From assembly GCA_951804945.1 (NCBI GenBank), contig OX638149.1, forward strand, positions 51,956,001-52,020,000: a DNA stretch of 64,000 bases. Direction: 5' to 3'. The notes beneath the pieces were generated by a model that saw nothing but the letters and a program-made list of their open reading frames with translations, ran no database searches and was not told where the DNA came from. The stretch's first letter is position 1. Each line of letters opens with the position of its first letter. Positions 34,950 to 47,900 of the stretch are shown here, one piece after another. The position numbers and the translations under genes are program-made. The DNA comes from Podarcis cretensis. Lineage: Eukaryota.

Positions 34950-35470
34950 TGATCATTCCAATGAACTTTCTGTGGCTGGCCCTTGGGCCTGATGCAGAAC
35001 CTCCAGCTGGTGCAGATTGTGGTAGCTAGACTGATGGGGGCACATGGCTGACAACACTAATTAAAACATCTACACTGGTTGCCTGTTAATACAAGGATGT
35101 TGAACTTGGCTTGGTAGTTAATTTACAAACACTAAACAACTTGGGCCTGAGGTACCTTTGGGACCATCTGAACCAGCTCAACTACTGAGTGCCTCTGTAG
35201 GCACATTGCTGGTCATCCCCTGGTATGGCTTATTTGACACCAACAAGAAACCAAGTCTTTCATGCCATTGGCCCAATCCTGTGGAATACTCTTCCACTGG
35301 AGATTGAATAGGTATATTCAATATTCACCTTCAAAACCTTTTGATGGCATCAGACATATGCATAATAAGAAAAACACTGTGGAATATAGGTAGTTGATGA
35401 CCTGTGATTTTAAATGTTTTTATTGTGTATATAGAATTGCTGTAAACCATGTTGATTTTTAAAAAAATGA
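34950..35470 (+). mobile_element. L2 LINE 3' fragment (similar decayed pieces about 3070-3480 and 10830-11130)
   Basis: Residual translation QNLQLVQ..ARL..LHWLPV typical of the L2 ORF2 end; boundaries approximate. Confidence 0.65.
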
Positions 35471-35703
35471 AATTGTATTTCAGTAACTAAAGTAGTTGAA
35501 GAGTTAGCAGCTCCACCACTTATCTCTTTAAAATAAGACTTTTCACTAGGCCTCTGGCTGACAGCTCAAGTAAGTTACATAACATTTTTATTGGAAAGTA
35601 TATGAATACATGTTGAAGTAACTCTTGAAAATTAGTTCCAAAGAAATATAATTGAGGACCCTTTTCCTTTTAACCAAAACACTTGTAAATTATTAGCTAT
35701 GTA

Positions 35704-35923
35704 CAGTGGTACTTCGGGTTACAGACGCTTCAGATTACAGACTCTGCTAAGCCAGAAATAGTACCTTGGGTTAAGAACTTTGCTTCAGGATGAGAACAGA
35801 AATCGCGCAGCGGTGGTGCAGCGGCAGCAGCGGGAGGCCCCATTAGCTAAAGTGGTACCTCAAGTTAAGAACAGTTTCGGGTTAAGAACAGACCTGCAGA
35901 ACGAATTAACCCAAGTTCCACTG
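35704..35923. mobile_element. Tigger/pogo-like MITE copy A
   Basis: TA|CAGTGGTAC..CCACTG|TA; body homologous to 36514-36757. Confidence 0.8.
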
Positions 35924-36513
35924 TATTCCCATTTACTGCAATAAAGTACCACATAAGGGGCAGTAAGATATCTATCTTTGAAAGTCTGAAAAAAACTGGA
36001 TCCCCGTTCTACATTAGTAAATTAATATCTTGATCAGGTCTAACTAAGGAATAATTTACTCTTAAACTGAACCAAGTAGCAAGACTTGGAAAACCACAAA
36101 GAAAGCAGTATAAAAAACCCAGCAGCGCTGCATATTCCGTGCATAGAGGCACATCTGTATTTATTGGGCCCTTCCATGGCAGTTCTGTGCAGAGATATAT
36201 TGGTCTGAAGCAAATGGGACAGGCAGCAACTGGCTAACTTCCTTTAACTATTGCAGCATCTTGGCGCGAAGAGGAGAAACTATACAGGCATTGCCATCAT
36301 ATGGAGAAACTTCAGGGGGAAGCTGCAAAAAATAGTTACGAGTGATCTAGTAACTATAATTTGGCTGGTAGGGAGGCAAATGTCACTTGATCATTGCAGC
36401 GGGATCAGCCACTCTGCAAGTAACTAACCAGAGAGCAGGCAGATGTTCCCTTAACAGATTCTCTTGTCAGTGCACTAAAGCCAACTTATGTAGACATTAT
36501 CTCCATAGCAGTA

Positions 36514-36757
36514 CAGTGGTACCATACCTCGAGTTACAAACGCCTCGTTACAAATGATTCAGGTTACAAACTCCACTAACATGGAAGAGTTACCTCAAGT
36601 TGAGAACTTTGCCCCAGAATGAGAATGGAAATCGTGTGCTGGCGGCGCAGCAGCAGCAAGAGGCCCCATTAGCGAAAGCACGCCTCTAGTTAAGAACAGT
36701 TTCAGGTTAAGAATGGACCTCCGGAACGAATTAAGTTCGTAACTAGAGGTACCACTG
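36514..36757. mobile_element. Tigger/pogo-like MITE copy B
   Basis: TA|CAGTGGTACC..GGTACCACTG|TA. Confidence 0.85.
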
Positions 36758-37799
36758 TACTATCATCATCAGCTGGTCTTGGGAAAACCATTGGTCACCT
36801 TGTAGGTCATTATAGGAATATAATTTCATTGTGCTATATTCCAGTCTGGCTAGAAGGATGAAGAATTCCCAAAGCACCTAACAAACCACAGAAGGCCCTG
36901 GATCAGACATTACACAGTTTGTGGCATTTTGCAAGAGACTTTTAGGGGTAGTTTTGATATTGATATTACTTCTGCCAAAGACAACTACCCAGGAGCACTT
37001 TAGGCCAGAGACTGGGGTTAGATCATGTTTTTTCATGGACTAGTGTCATGCAAAGGTATTGCCAGTAGGTATTGAGAGTTAGTAATGCAAAACAGCAACA
37101 TGCTTGAAGGCAAGAAATTGGAGCTTCAGCTCATTTCTGTCCAGCAGTAGGGGTGAGAAACCTAGAGAGGTTACATGGTTAAATGATGACTGTTGCCTAA
37201 AACAAACAAACCCCCTTCATCAACAAGAAATGGAACCATATACTTCAGGAAGTTAACATCTCATTACTTTAATCAGGAAACCATAAATGGTCCTTCATGT
37301 CCACAGTCATAAGAAATAGTTTATAAGATAACAGGTTGCAGGGAATGGTCTTCGGCATTTTACAGTACAATCCTAAGCATGTTTCCTCAGAATCAGAGTT
37401 TAATGGGATTTACTCGCAAGAAAGTTTGCACAGGATTGCAGTCTCAGCCTGGTTTCTAATGAAAAGGAAGAAAGAAGTTGTGCCCAGAGTCTAACTTATC
37501 CCTGAGCTGATGCTTAGTATTGTTTTTCCTTCCCCATATTTGGTGAAGAACAGAGCAGGCAGATCAAACACATAGCAATGTCAGCCAATCACACTGCTTA
37601 ATGGCTAAGTCATTACAAAAATAAACTTTTAGCCAATCAAAACCCCATCAATTAAAACAAGTACCACAAACTTCTTTAAAATGTGCTTGTCTGAAAAAAC
37701 TACTTTCTAACTAAGTGCAGATCACAGCGAATGTATAAGCCTGTCAGAGACAATCATTTTAGAAACTTTCTACCAGTGCACTGCATCAACATGTGCATT

Positions 37800-37805
37800 T
37801 TTATT
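37800..37805 (-). terminator. ATG13: Probable ATG13 polyadenylation signal
   Basis: AATAAA on the minus strand about 1.1 kb after the stop codon. Confidence 0.55.
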
Positions 37806-38916
37806 TATGACATCCACAGACCCAACAGGGCAGAATGGAAATCGAGTCACCAGAAGAGATCACTTTGAAAGCATAACCATGTCTGTTTCTGAAAATAAGT
37901 ATTATAGTTTACCCTGCAAACGGGAGCGGGGGGAAATGACAGCTGTTTGGAACAACATACTTGCAGTGACAAAGGACAAAGCAGCCTATATGGCTACTTT
38001 ACAAAGTGAAAGCATCCACATACATTTTTTTTAAATATAGGTTTCCTTTAGAGTAATAAATATTTCTTATTTTATGATAGAGCAGCAACATTTGAGGGGA
38101 ATAGAGGAAATAACTTTGGACTAAAGACCCCCCCCCCAAATTAAATAACCCTAGAGAATTAGGATTCCTAATTCATATTTACAACTGCTGACTGTAAACA
38201 CAGCCTACAAACTCTGGATCTTCTCCAAATGCCACAGACCATGCTTGTGGTCTTGGGGAGGCAATATATTGACACACCGTGTTGGCAGGTAATATGCAAA
38301 AAACAATTCTTTTAGCGTCTGTGGCTTACTTTGAAACTGCACTAGACAATCAGGTCAGGCCCCTCAATTCTTGTTTCCACACAGATGTGCAACATTGTGT
38401 TTGCTTTGTTTAGGGCACCACTGGTGAAAAACGGCGCCTTGCCCTTAGGTTTTAGCTGCACTTGCTGAAGGCAAGCCAGTGTTTGAACCACGCTAGCAGA
38501 ATCTACAGTGCTCACAAGACAGTTACATTTAGTTATTTCTGCTTGGCGTTACTGTAGATGCAGGGAAAAAGACTGTCCCCAGAAAACCAGATTGTAGAGC
38601 CCTGTTGAGGGAGGAAGAAGCATCGGTGTCTCTCAACACATGAGAAAACGGAAGAAGAACAGGCCTTGATCTTGTTTCCTAATGCACTGTATTCAATACG
38701 AACCTCCCACGGGTAGGAAAGCAAGTCACACCCTTCCCAAGGACTAGTTCAAAGAGATACAGAGCACTGTTTCTGCACCTGACAGAGCAAAGCAATAGTG
38801 CCTACGAAATTGGGGGATGGGGACAGTACAAGACACTAAGGGAAGAAAGGCAGAATGCATGGGCTTCCTTTTCCAGGGTGTCTAAAAAGTTCAATGCTGC
38901 TGTAGAATAAGCCGTT

Positions 38917-38994
38917 TTACTGTAAGGTCTCTACAAAGGCATCAAATTCTTTGACATTTTTCTCATGGACAGCCAGTTTATCTGGTAGAGAATC
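38917..38994 (-). CDS. ATG13: ATG13 last coding exon
   Basis: [25 protein letters not shown]. Confidence 0.96.
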   Translation of the reverse strand, partial: DSLPDKLAVHEKNVKEFDAFVETLQ

Positions 38995-41900
38995 CTGTGA
39001 AGACAAAGAAAAATTATCAGTAGCTACTTTAGCCAGTTCTTTTTTTTTAACATAATACACAGCAGGTGTGGGGGCCCTCCAGATGTTGTTGAACTCCAAC
39101 TCCCATCAGCACCAGCCAACATGGTCAATGGTAAGGGATGGGGGGTAAAAGAGGTAGTTCAAAAAACATAAAACAGAAGAGCAGAGTAAGGCATAATTAA
39201 TAATAATAATGCCTTATCTGAAGACAGATTTGATTCAATAGATTCAGCACAACATTACTATCAAACTATGAAATGCTCTCAAGATCTCCCATCCTGTATG
39301 CACAGCTACCCGGGAAAGGAGTAAACAGCATCTATCCAAGTCCATGGCTTGTTTATAGGTGTGAGATGCATGAGATTGTGACCTCTGAAATTTGCTGGAA
39401 CAGCTTTAGCACAATTACACTTGTCAGCCTGCTGCTAACAGATGGCAACTTGCAGGGATTTTCTTTAAAAACCTTTTATACATTTTACAGAGTTTCAGAG
39501 GCAAAAACAAACATGTCATTAACCATGAAGAGCACATGATCTATAATAAAGCAGAGAAAACAAAAGGGAGGGAGAGAAGAGTGTGAGCAAATGCAGTCAG
39601 ACTTGCTTGGCTACAGTTGGGAATGAAGACTGAAGAGTTAAGACAAAGACCTCATGGGAAAGATATGCTCAAGGGGCAGGGCGAGCACTGTGCTTAAGGA
39701 ATCAGTTCTGCACATAGGAGAAAATATGAAGTTGTGACTGAGTGCAGGATACTGTCTGAGGGAGCTACGGATAGTACAATTCTGAGGATGTAGGGAAGCA
39801 GGGAAATGAGAAGCAGTGTCAGAAAACACCTTAGATGATCTTGTAACAACATATTTATGTGGTACTTCAAAATGTTACTTCTTCATATACTGTGCTTTAT
39901 CTCAAGGAACCCTACAAAAACCCTGTAAGGCATGTCAAAATGATTATTCCAATACATTGTGTGGGTGGTCACTGGGGCGGTCTAAGGTGATGAGAAAGTG
40001 GCCTGCCTAAGGCCATGTATTTTTATAGCACTTACAAAAGATTTGAACATGGCGCTTTGGCACTTTTGAGTTCACAGCACAATTATCTAACACATTAAAT
40101 AATGAATGACCTGTTTGATCAGTCCTCTCAAATAAGGCATATTTGGTTTATGTAAGGCAGGGAGCAATGTCCCTCAAACTGAAATCCCATTTTTGCATAC
40201 CAGATCTTCTGCCATGGACTGAGCCCCAATGTCAATGGAGAGGCTGCTGAGCTGAGGAGGATTCTGAAATTCACGGTAGAATGTTCCAAGGTCTATTGGG
40301 AGAATGTCATCCTTAGAAAATGCCGGTTTCTAGAATTAAATGGACAAATATCAGTCAGCTGTACATTGACAACACAACAACGCTCTGTTCAATCATCATG
40401 TGATAATGTATTTAACCACTATCAATGAAATGCATTCCATTGTTTCACCCAACAACAGCACAATGTACGGCATATAGTAGAACATGTTTTCATCTTTCTA
40501 TCAAAACTGGTCATATGGCTATTCTCTGGACTGCAGGTGAACCTTTAGTTTGTAGTGTGTGATGTTATATTGCTTTTACTATTTTTGTTGGGAGCCGCCC
40601 AGAGTGGCTGGGGCAGCCCAGTCAAATGGGCGGCATATAAATAATAAATTATTATTATAACCTGTGTTGTAGACCACCTTCTTAGATGCTGCTCTTTGCT
40701 CATGTCACCCCATAATCTGAGTGATGTAGAGAATTTGCTGAGATTGATTTGGGGTGACAGTTTGTAAAAAGGGCCACTTTTGGACAGAAGGCTGCATCAA
40801 ATAGCCTTTGAGTTCTAGTTCTATGAGTAAAACTCATCATGGGTTCTTAAGAATAAAAGTTTCAGGTCTCTCAAAAGGGTCCAGTATGCTGGAATTCCTG
40901 CAAGCTCAGTCCTTCAATATTTTGGGAGGCCACATCAGTACACTTCTGCTTTTTAATGAAATAATATTCAGAGCCATTTGCCCCACATTGGTTCTGTGAA
41001 GATGCCTTTTCCCAAGGAATTTCATATATTTTAGCATTTCAGTTCTGCTTCAGACATCGAGGCGAAGGATGTATGTGTATGTAAGGGGCTGCATCAACTT
41101 ACAAAATCAACCATAACAAAATCGTCATGGATGTTCCCATTGCTGCTGCCACTGGAGCCCACTGAGTGTAGGCTGCCCTGAAGGGGAGACTCTATTTCTG
41201 GAGAGTCAGGAGGATTCACCTGTTGAAGAGATCCAAGTGTCAGACCAACATACCCAAACACTGGCATGAGGGAATTAAATGGATGCTAAAAGTTACGTTT
41301 TTCAGTCAGAAAACACAAGCATGCTAATGGCAGAGTTAGGAAATTCAGACCCACTCAAATCTGAGAAGGCAGGACTGAGCAAGACTGGCATTTCTTACCA
41401 TGGGGTCATTATCTTCTGGCTCAATGTTCTTGGGAGCAAACATAGCAAAAGGAATGTCCAAACTGGCCATGGTCACCTAGAAAGGATCAAAAGACAGAAT
41501 CCCAAATGTTCAGTCAAATGCCGCTCCTCTTACCCAGCATGCAACACAGCACTGTGAATCTTCAAACTATGATCAACTAATGTTCAAAAAAGAAAGAAAT
41601 AGAAAGGCTGCTGTTGTTTTCTGCCTCCTGTGTCTTGAGAGGATATTCCTTGTGTTTTTTCTTTCCTAAAGAACAGCACATCATAGAATTTCGGAGCTGG
41701 AAAAGACCTTGTCCAACCCCTTGCTCAATGCAAGACTTGCAACCACCATATTTCTGACACAAAGTCTCCAAGAGCAATGAACTTAAATTACCTGGTTGAT
41801 AGGTTTATTGACAAAGGCTCCCACCTTCCGCACAAATATTGTCTCCCAGAGATCATGTGGGGACCCACTCTTTCCTTCACTGCTGTTAGATACAGTTTCT

Positions 41901-44900
41901 GTGTCCTCACTGAGAGAGAAAAGAGAAGGGGTATTAATTGATTTCCTTTTGTTTTTCTTGCTCTGCACGAGCTCTGGAATGAAGCACTGGTACATGAGAG
42001 TGTATTATTTGTTTACCCATATGTTGTACTGCAGGTACAAAAGGCAGTATTCTACACACAAAGGACAATGCATAATGTGTAAAAAGTATCAGCAAAGTTC
42101 ATGGTGAATCAAAGTTATCTCAGTAGTCATCCCAAATAAAACTGAAAAGGCCCTCTCCTGGGTACCCACTTGCTGTATTTCAGATAGTGGTGAAGATGGA
42201 GGTCCCAAAGGAAGGTCTCCAAAGTGGAGTAGAAATCCTGGACAGACTCATTTGCAGGGTGTGTGTGTCTTAACATATTGTGGTCCCAAGATTTTAAATA
42301 TCTAAGCCAACACTTTGAATTGAGCCCGAGAACAAACTGGTAACCAGTGAAGTTGGTGGAGGATTTGTGTAATACAATTTGAACAGAACCCTCCCAGCCA
42401 CATTCTGGATAAAAGACTACAAAACTATTCCCACAGAATATTTCACTACTCTTTTCCTTAATGGATTTTGTTTTATTAATATTTTCATGGGTATCTCCCC
42501 ACTTCAAGTTGTGATTTGAATGTTGAATTAATATCCACACTATAAATGTCTTCAAAAGGCAATGTCATTCCAGGCCTTTACAGGCTCCTGATCATATCCC
42601 TCATGGATACAGGTACAGGTGTGGAGAGGGAGATTACAGCCATATGAACAGGGGCACTACCCAGAGATTATGGAATACGCGTGAACAAGCCTAGACCAAA
42701 TAGTGCCCCCTACACCTGTTCAGCTTTTGAAAGCCTTATTTGTTATTGCATTTGTATCCCATTTCATGACTTTGAGGTGTAGGATGCATGGATGATTTAT
42801 TCCTGTCAAATATGGTGATTAATTGGCACATGTGGATCTGTCAATCTGTATATATTGATATCACACATAAACATAAAAAACACTAAATTGGCTTCTTCTA
42901 AGCTTGTGGGAGCTTCCTAACATTAATTGAAATGTACTAACATCAAGAAATTGAACTGTACAGAAGTGCTGGCTGGACCAGTATTAAATAGTGTTACAGC
43001 TTTACAAGTGAGGATGAAGTGTTTGCATGTTTATTTAAGGGAACAGACAGTGGGCAATTTGAGACTAGCATCCCAGGCGCTTGTCTAAATTACATCCTCA
43101 GGAAAAATAGAAATGTTAAGTTTGTCAAATGATGGGAAGTCTTGCTTCTACACATGACTCTGGCTAAACCATTTTAAGCTGAGACGTTCCTTCATCACCC
43201 TAGAATGTTCAGTTCACATTGAGTTCATGAGACATTGCATCCTGACCTGTTCTTAGTGCTTGGTTGACCACATCTACGGATGAATGCTATATATTAATCA
43301 CTAGTAATAGTTTAACAAGGAGGTTTTCATGCCTGTCCAATTCTGTGTTCCCTTTCCCAGCCTTTGGTCTATTGATGATTGATGCCTGTGTGCAAACCTT
43401 GTATTGTATTTGTGTTAACCAATCAGCAACAAGCACATATGTGGCAATGCTGTAATATTCAATAAAAGGGACTCTGTGAGACATGCTCGGCAGATGCCTC
43501 CCATATGTCACTTGTCACTCGTCTGTCGTTTATTTCAACCCAACAGTCAAAGCTACCAGTATTAAACTGCAAATGTCAGTGTTGGTAGTGTCCTCAACTC
43601 TAAAGGGCAAGGTTTGTGCTTAACCCTAACAGAAGCTCAGCAGGAATTGGTGTTTGGGGTATTCTTGTTAGAAGCTACAACTATGCTTTAGTACCTGCAT
43701 TCAGTCATTTTACAGAAATGAAACCAAAACTACTTTATTATTACTAATGAAGAGTCTAGTATGTGGAACTAATGAAATGTCACAAGGTGGAAATAGTGGC
43801 ATTAAAAGTAGCTGGATCAGACAGATGTAGATCTTACCAAGAGTACAGCTCCAGTTCTTACATTTTTAGCTGCTACTGAAATTTGTAAAGTTTCCAAAGT
43901 CCAAAACAATGCTGAACTTTAGGTGCTGATCCATCAAGAATAGTGAAAGTTACTGTAATTACTGAATACTAAATAACTGAACTAAATAATGCTGATTTTA
44001 TGTGTGTAGATGCATTTTACTATGAAAACATTCTATCAACAGCTGTTGGATTTGGAAAATTACTGTCCTATCTTCCTACAGGGCTATAGTTACTACAAAT
44101 GTAGGAGAACCCTACTTACACATGCTGTCTCTGCACTTTCACTTTGGGGAGAAAGAAAGGGAGGAAAAAGAATCTGAATTAGGGAAAGTTAAAATCCTCT
44201 AACGATCTTCCTAACTGCCTCTTTCCAGAAAGCTGCTTATAGCCTAGCAAATGAATTATTATTTTAAAAACTTGTAGTAAGACTATGAATCACCATGAAG
44301 AGATGGAAAACTTACCTGCTAGCCGGAGTAACTGCAGAGTAGTGACCCCCATCCAAAGGGGTGCATGTGGCCATTCTCTCATGATCAGCCTGAGTGCCAT
44401 GAACTGGTTGGCTAGGAATCAAGGGCACTCCTCCATCCTTCCCTGGAACCATCAACTGGAGGAGAAAGGGATAAGAAAATTAGGTATTTTAGTATTCATT
44501 TAAAAAAGATCTAGGCTCTTTTATTTTCAAGTGTATGGTTGCCTGACTCTCAATGATAGGTAGCTGACAGCTGGTTACATGTTATACTCATGATATGAGA
44601 AACAGCCTGGTTCTGCCTGAAGGCTTCCTACCAACAGGTAAAGAGAGCTGGAGAGGATCTCAGTCACTTACAATGAAGTTAAGACAGGGAGCACCAGAAG
44701 AAATTATCAACTAAGAAGAGTGATAACCAGACACGAGAAAGAAAGCTGGGCACTGGCCCCACATTCCCAGCACTTGACTAGGATATCCTCCAGTTTTCTT
44801 TGCTTTATGGCAGAAAGCCTTCAAATTTCTTAACAGGCAAAGCAAGGCTGCTTCTTATGTTGCTCAGCTCTGTCTGTACCCTACAAGTAAAATAATGGGG

Positions 44901-47900
44901 TAAGAATGGATAGAGAAATATGTCAACAGTTAAGGAACAGAGTTAGCTATGAGACATATAAAATGGTCTCAAACCTCTAAGAATACCTGGTGAGGATGTG
45001 CAGCACTCAAGCCGCCAGCAAAGACTACTGGGTAGGCCAGGTCAGCTGATCCAACTCCCAGGGCTGTAGGCTGATAAGAAAGACGAGAGCTGGAGAGCTA
45101 AGAAATGAGAGGGGGAAAGGGAAAGGGAGAGAAAGGGAAAACCCCACACAGTCTGAATAATTTTCAGAATTACTGGAAAAGGCCAGGAAAAGAAATCAGA
45201 TTTGCAGAATAAAATACTAGGCTGGAACTGAGGTAGTCTGAGCCACATGCACACACAAAACCAAACTAAACCAAACCAATCCTAAACATCTTTACTTAAA
45301 AGAAAAAGTTGCCACCAATTTCAATGGAACTTATTTTCAAGTTGTGTTTAGGATTACCAGGGACCACTCTCAAGCCTGGATTTTGCTTTAAAATGATGCT
45401 CAACACCTACAAATGATGGAGATGACATTCATATAGGACTGAGAGGATAGTATGAAGTATGTTGACCAATAACATGCTGGACAAGAGAGCAATTACTTAA
45501 AAGCTGTGTTTATTATTTGTTTTCTATGAGGGTTTTTTAAATGACTGTTCTGTGTTTTATTGAAATGTTTTATATATTATTGTTATATGCTACTTCAACT
45601 TCCTATTGATTTTCACTGCCTTTATTAATAAATGCTACAGAAGAAGCCTGGAAAACCATTGCTCTGACAGCAGACTCTAACTGTGGATATAGGTTCATTG
45701 TCAAACAAATCATGTGACCAACTGCATGCCTCTCTTTGACTCCCACACCAAAAAGGGCAAAGCCCAAACATAAAGCTTCACATTCTGCATCTCAGTTATA
45801 GAGGCAAAAGTTTCCCTAGCAGGTATTTTATAGTCCTCAATGTGAAAGTCCACCTCATAGGCCAAACCTTCTTCTGCTTAATATTTTAAAAATCTTTAAA
45901 TTGTATATATAACCTAATAAACAATATCATTAAAACAATAATACTACATCAAACTCTTAAAAGAACAGTTGTGTAAAAGCATATAAAACAAATGAAAACA
46001 GGATTTCAGGGAATTCAAACAAATAAAAACAGGACTGTTTTCAAAATGACTCAGGTAACATTAAAAAATAGAATCTATTGGTATCACACCCCCAAAGCAC
46101 AGTCTGAAACAGCTACAGAAAAACATTGGACAACAAAATATTAAATTCCTCACTGGGCTATCGGAAAGCTCTGGAAAAGAAACAGAAGAAATGCCTATGT
46201 GGAATACTGAGCTCACAGTAATTAATTAATGTGCTCCAAAAGCCAATGTCTAAGGCCAACTGTAACAAAATTAATCCACTAGAATAAAACTGACTCCTGA
46301 GGTACAATAACTGCTTCAGCCCTTTATAATGGTGACAATAAACTTTTGATTTCTTCAGAGGTGAAAAATACTGTTTATTTCCTGTCCCCTGGTCAACTCA
46401 AGAAAACACACAGCAATTTCCAGAAAACTCTATTCCATGAAGCGATCAGTATTCTACGATTGCTCTATAAAGTTTGCCCTGTAGTCTAAACTACATATTT
46501 TCATTGCTTCTTTGCAAATTTCCTGTTCAGCAATAAAGACAATAAATTTATAACTTCAGAGATGTTTGATTCATTTTCTTTTCTAAAAGGTAGTCAGTAA
46601 CTGAACAGATTTTGCAAACCTCTAAGCACATTAAACTCAAATGCATGTTTCATTTTAGGCTAACCAGCCTAAAGAGCCAAATCTAAGGAAAATGATTTAC
46701 TAGTTAGTGAAAAAATACTTTTGTCATGCACCTTCTTTATTTTAAAGGTGTTGTCAGGCCAAACATATTTTTTTCTACTATGAACTCACTTGATGTGAAA
46801 AGGTCAGCCCCATCAAAGGGCCCTTCAATGTATCCGTCACGACAGGAGGAGGGGTCTGAAAATGTGCTTTAGTGACAGTAAATACACACTGAACACAGAC
46901 ACACAAAAGGAAAAGAAAGAAAAAGACTTCAGAAAGAAAAACTGAAAAGAGTTGGATGAAGTGAATGTTGGTGAGGACTGTGGCTACAGCTATGAGAAAC
47001 ATTCATACATGTCAAAGAGCTGCAGAATTACAGGGAAATAAAGGGTTTAAAATGTCAGGAAACTGTTGTCCGCTTTTTTAAAAAAGTGTTCCTAGTTGTA
47101 GTCTTTATCAATGAATTCACTGCTGATCATATATATCCAACAGCCTGAAACTCTCTTCTAAAGTCAGATGTTGTAGGACTTTTATTGATCATCTTAACAA
47201 CTAGGCGTGAATAGCTGTTGGTGACAACTGAGCAAAGGGGGAGCTATATAAAGTGGAGATCAGTCTAAGTCCTCATGCATCTCAGTGATCAAAGCAATCT
47301 CTAGTTGCACTAGGCTTGAAGGTTCAATACAAACAGTAAGACAATAGGCTTTGTCAAACACTGTTTTTTTTTTTAAAAAAGATACCTCACCCTGTTACAG
47401 AGCAGCTGAACACAAACCCTAGCAAGAACAGAGAAAAAGCCTTGAGCCACAAACTCATCAGCTGTGCTGGCTGTCAAAGTCAGAAGCCATGTGTCTTCAG
47501 ACTAGAGTTTGATTGAGACAACTGAAGTAATAGATTCAGAACCTTTTATAGGAACATGTTTCTTTTGTGATATTTGACTGGGCAACCAGGAGAGCTCCTA
47601 AGCATAAGGCAAAAATCTTTAGAGTGCCCCAAAACATACATAAATTGGAACTGGACACTTTGATCCAGGAAAACAGGGGTGAAGCAGAAGGCTGTGCCCA
47701 ACCCACAGCTGCCTGTAGAGCATGCCCTCATCCTCTAGCCTGAAGTTAAGATATGATCCTCAGCAGTTTCCTAGGATTATGTGCACCACAAGTGTTACAT
47801 GCCTTCTCCTTCCCTAACAACATCTGTTTACATATCTTCTCTTCTAGAAATGCAATCAGAAACTCATTTCCACACCAGGTTTGCCCTAGTGAAGGAGATT

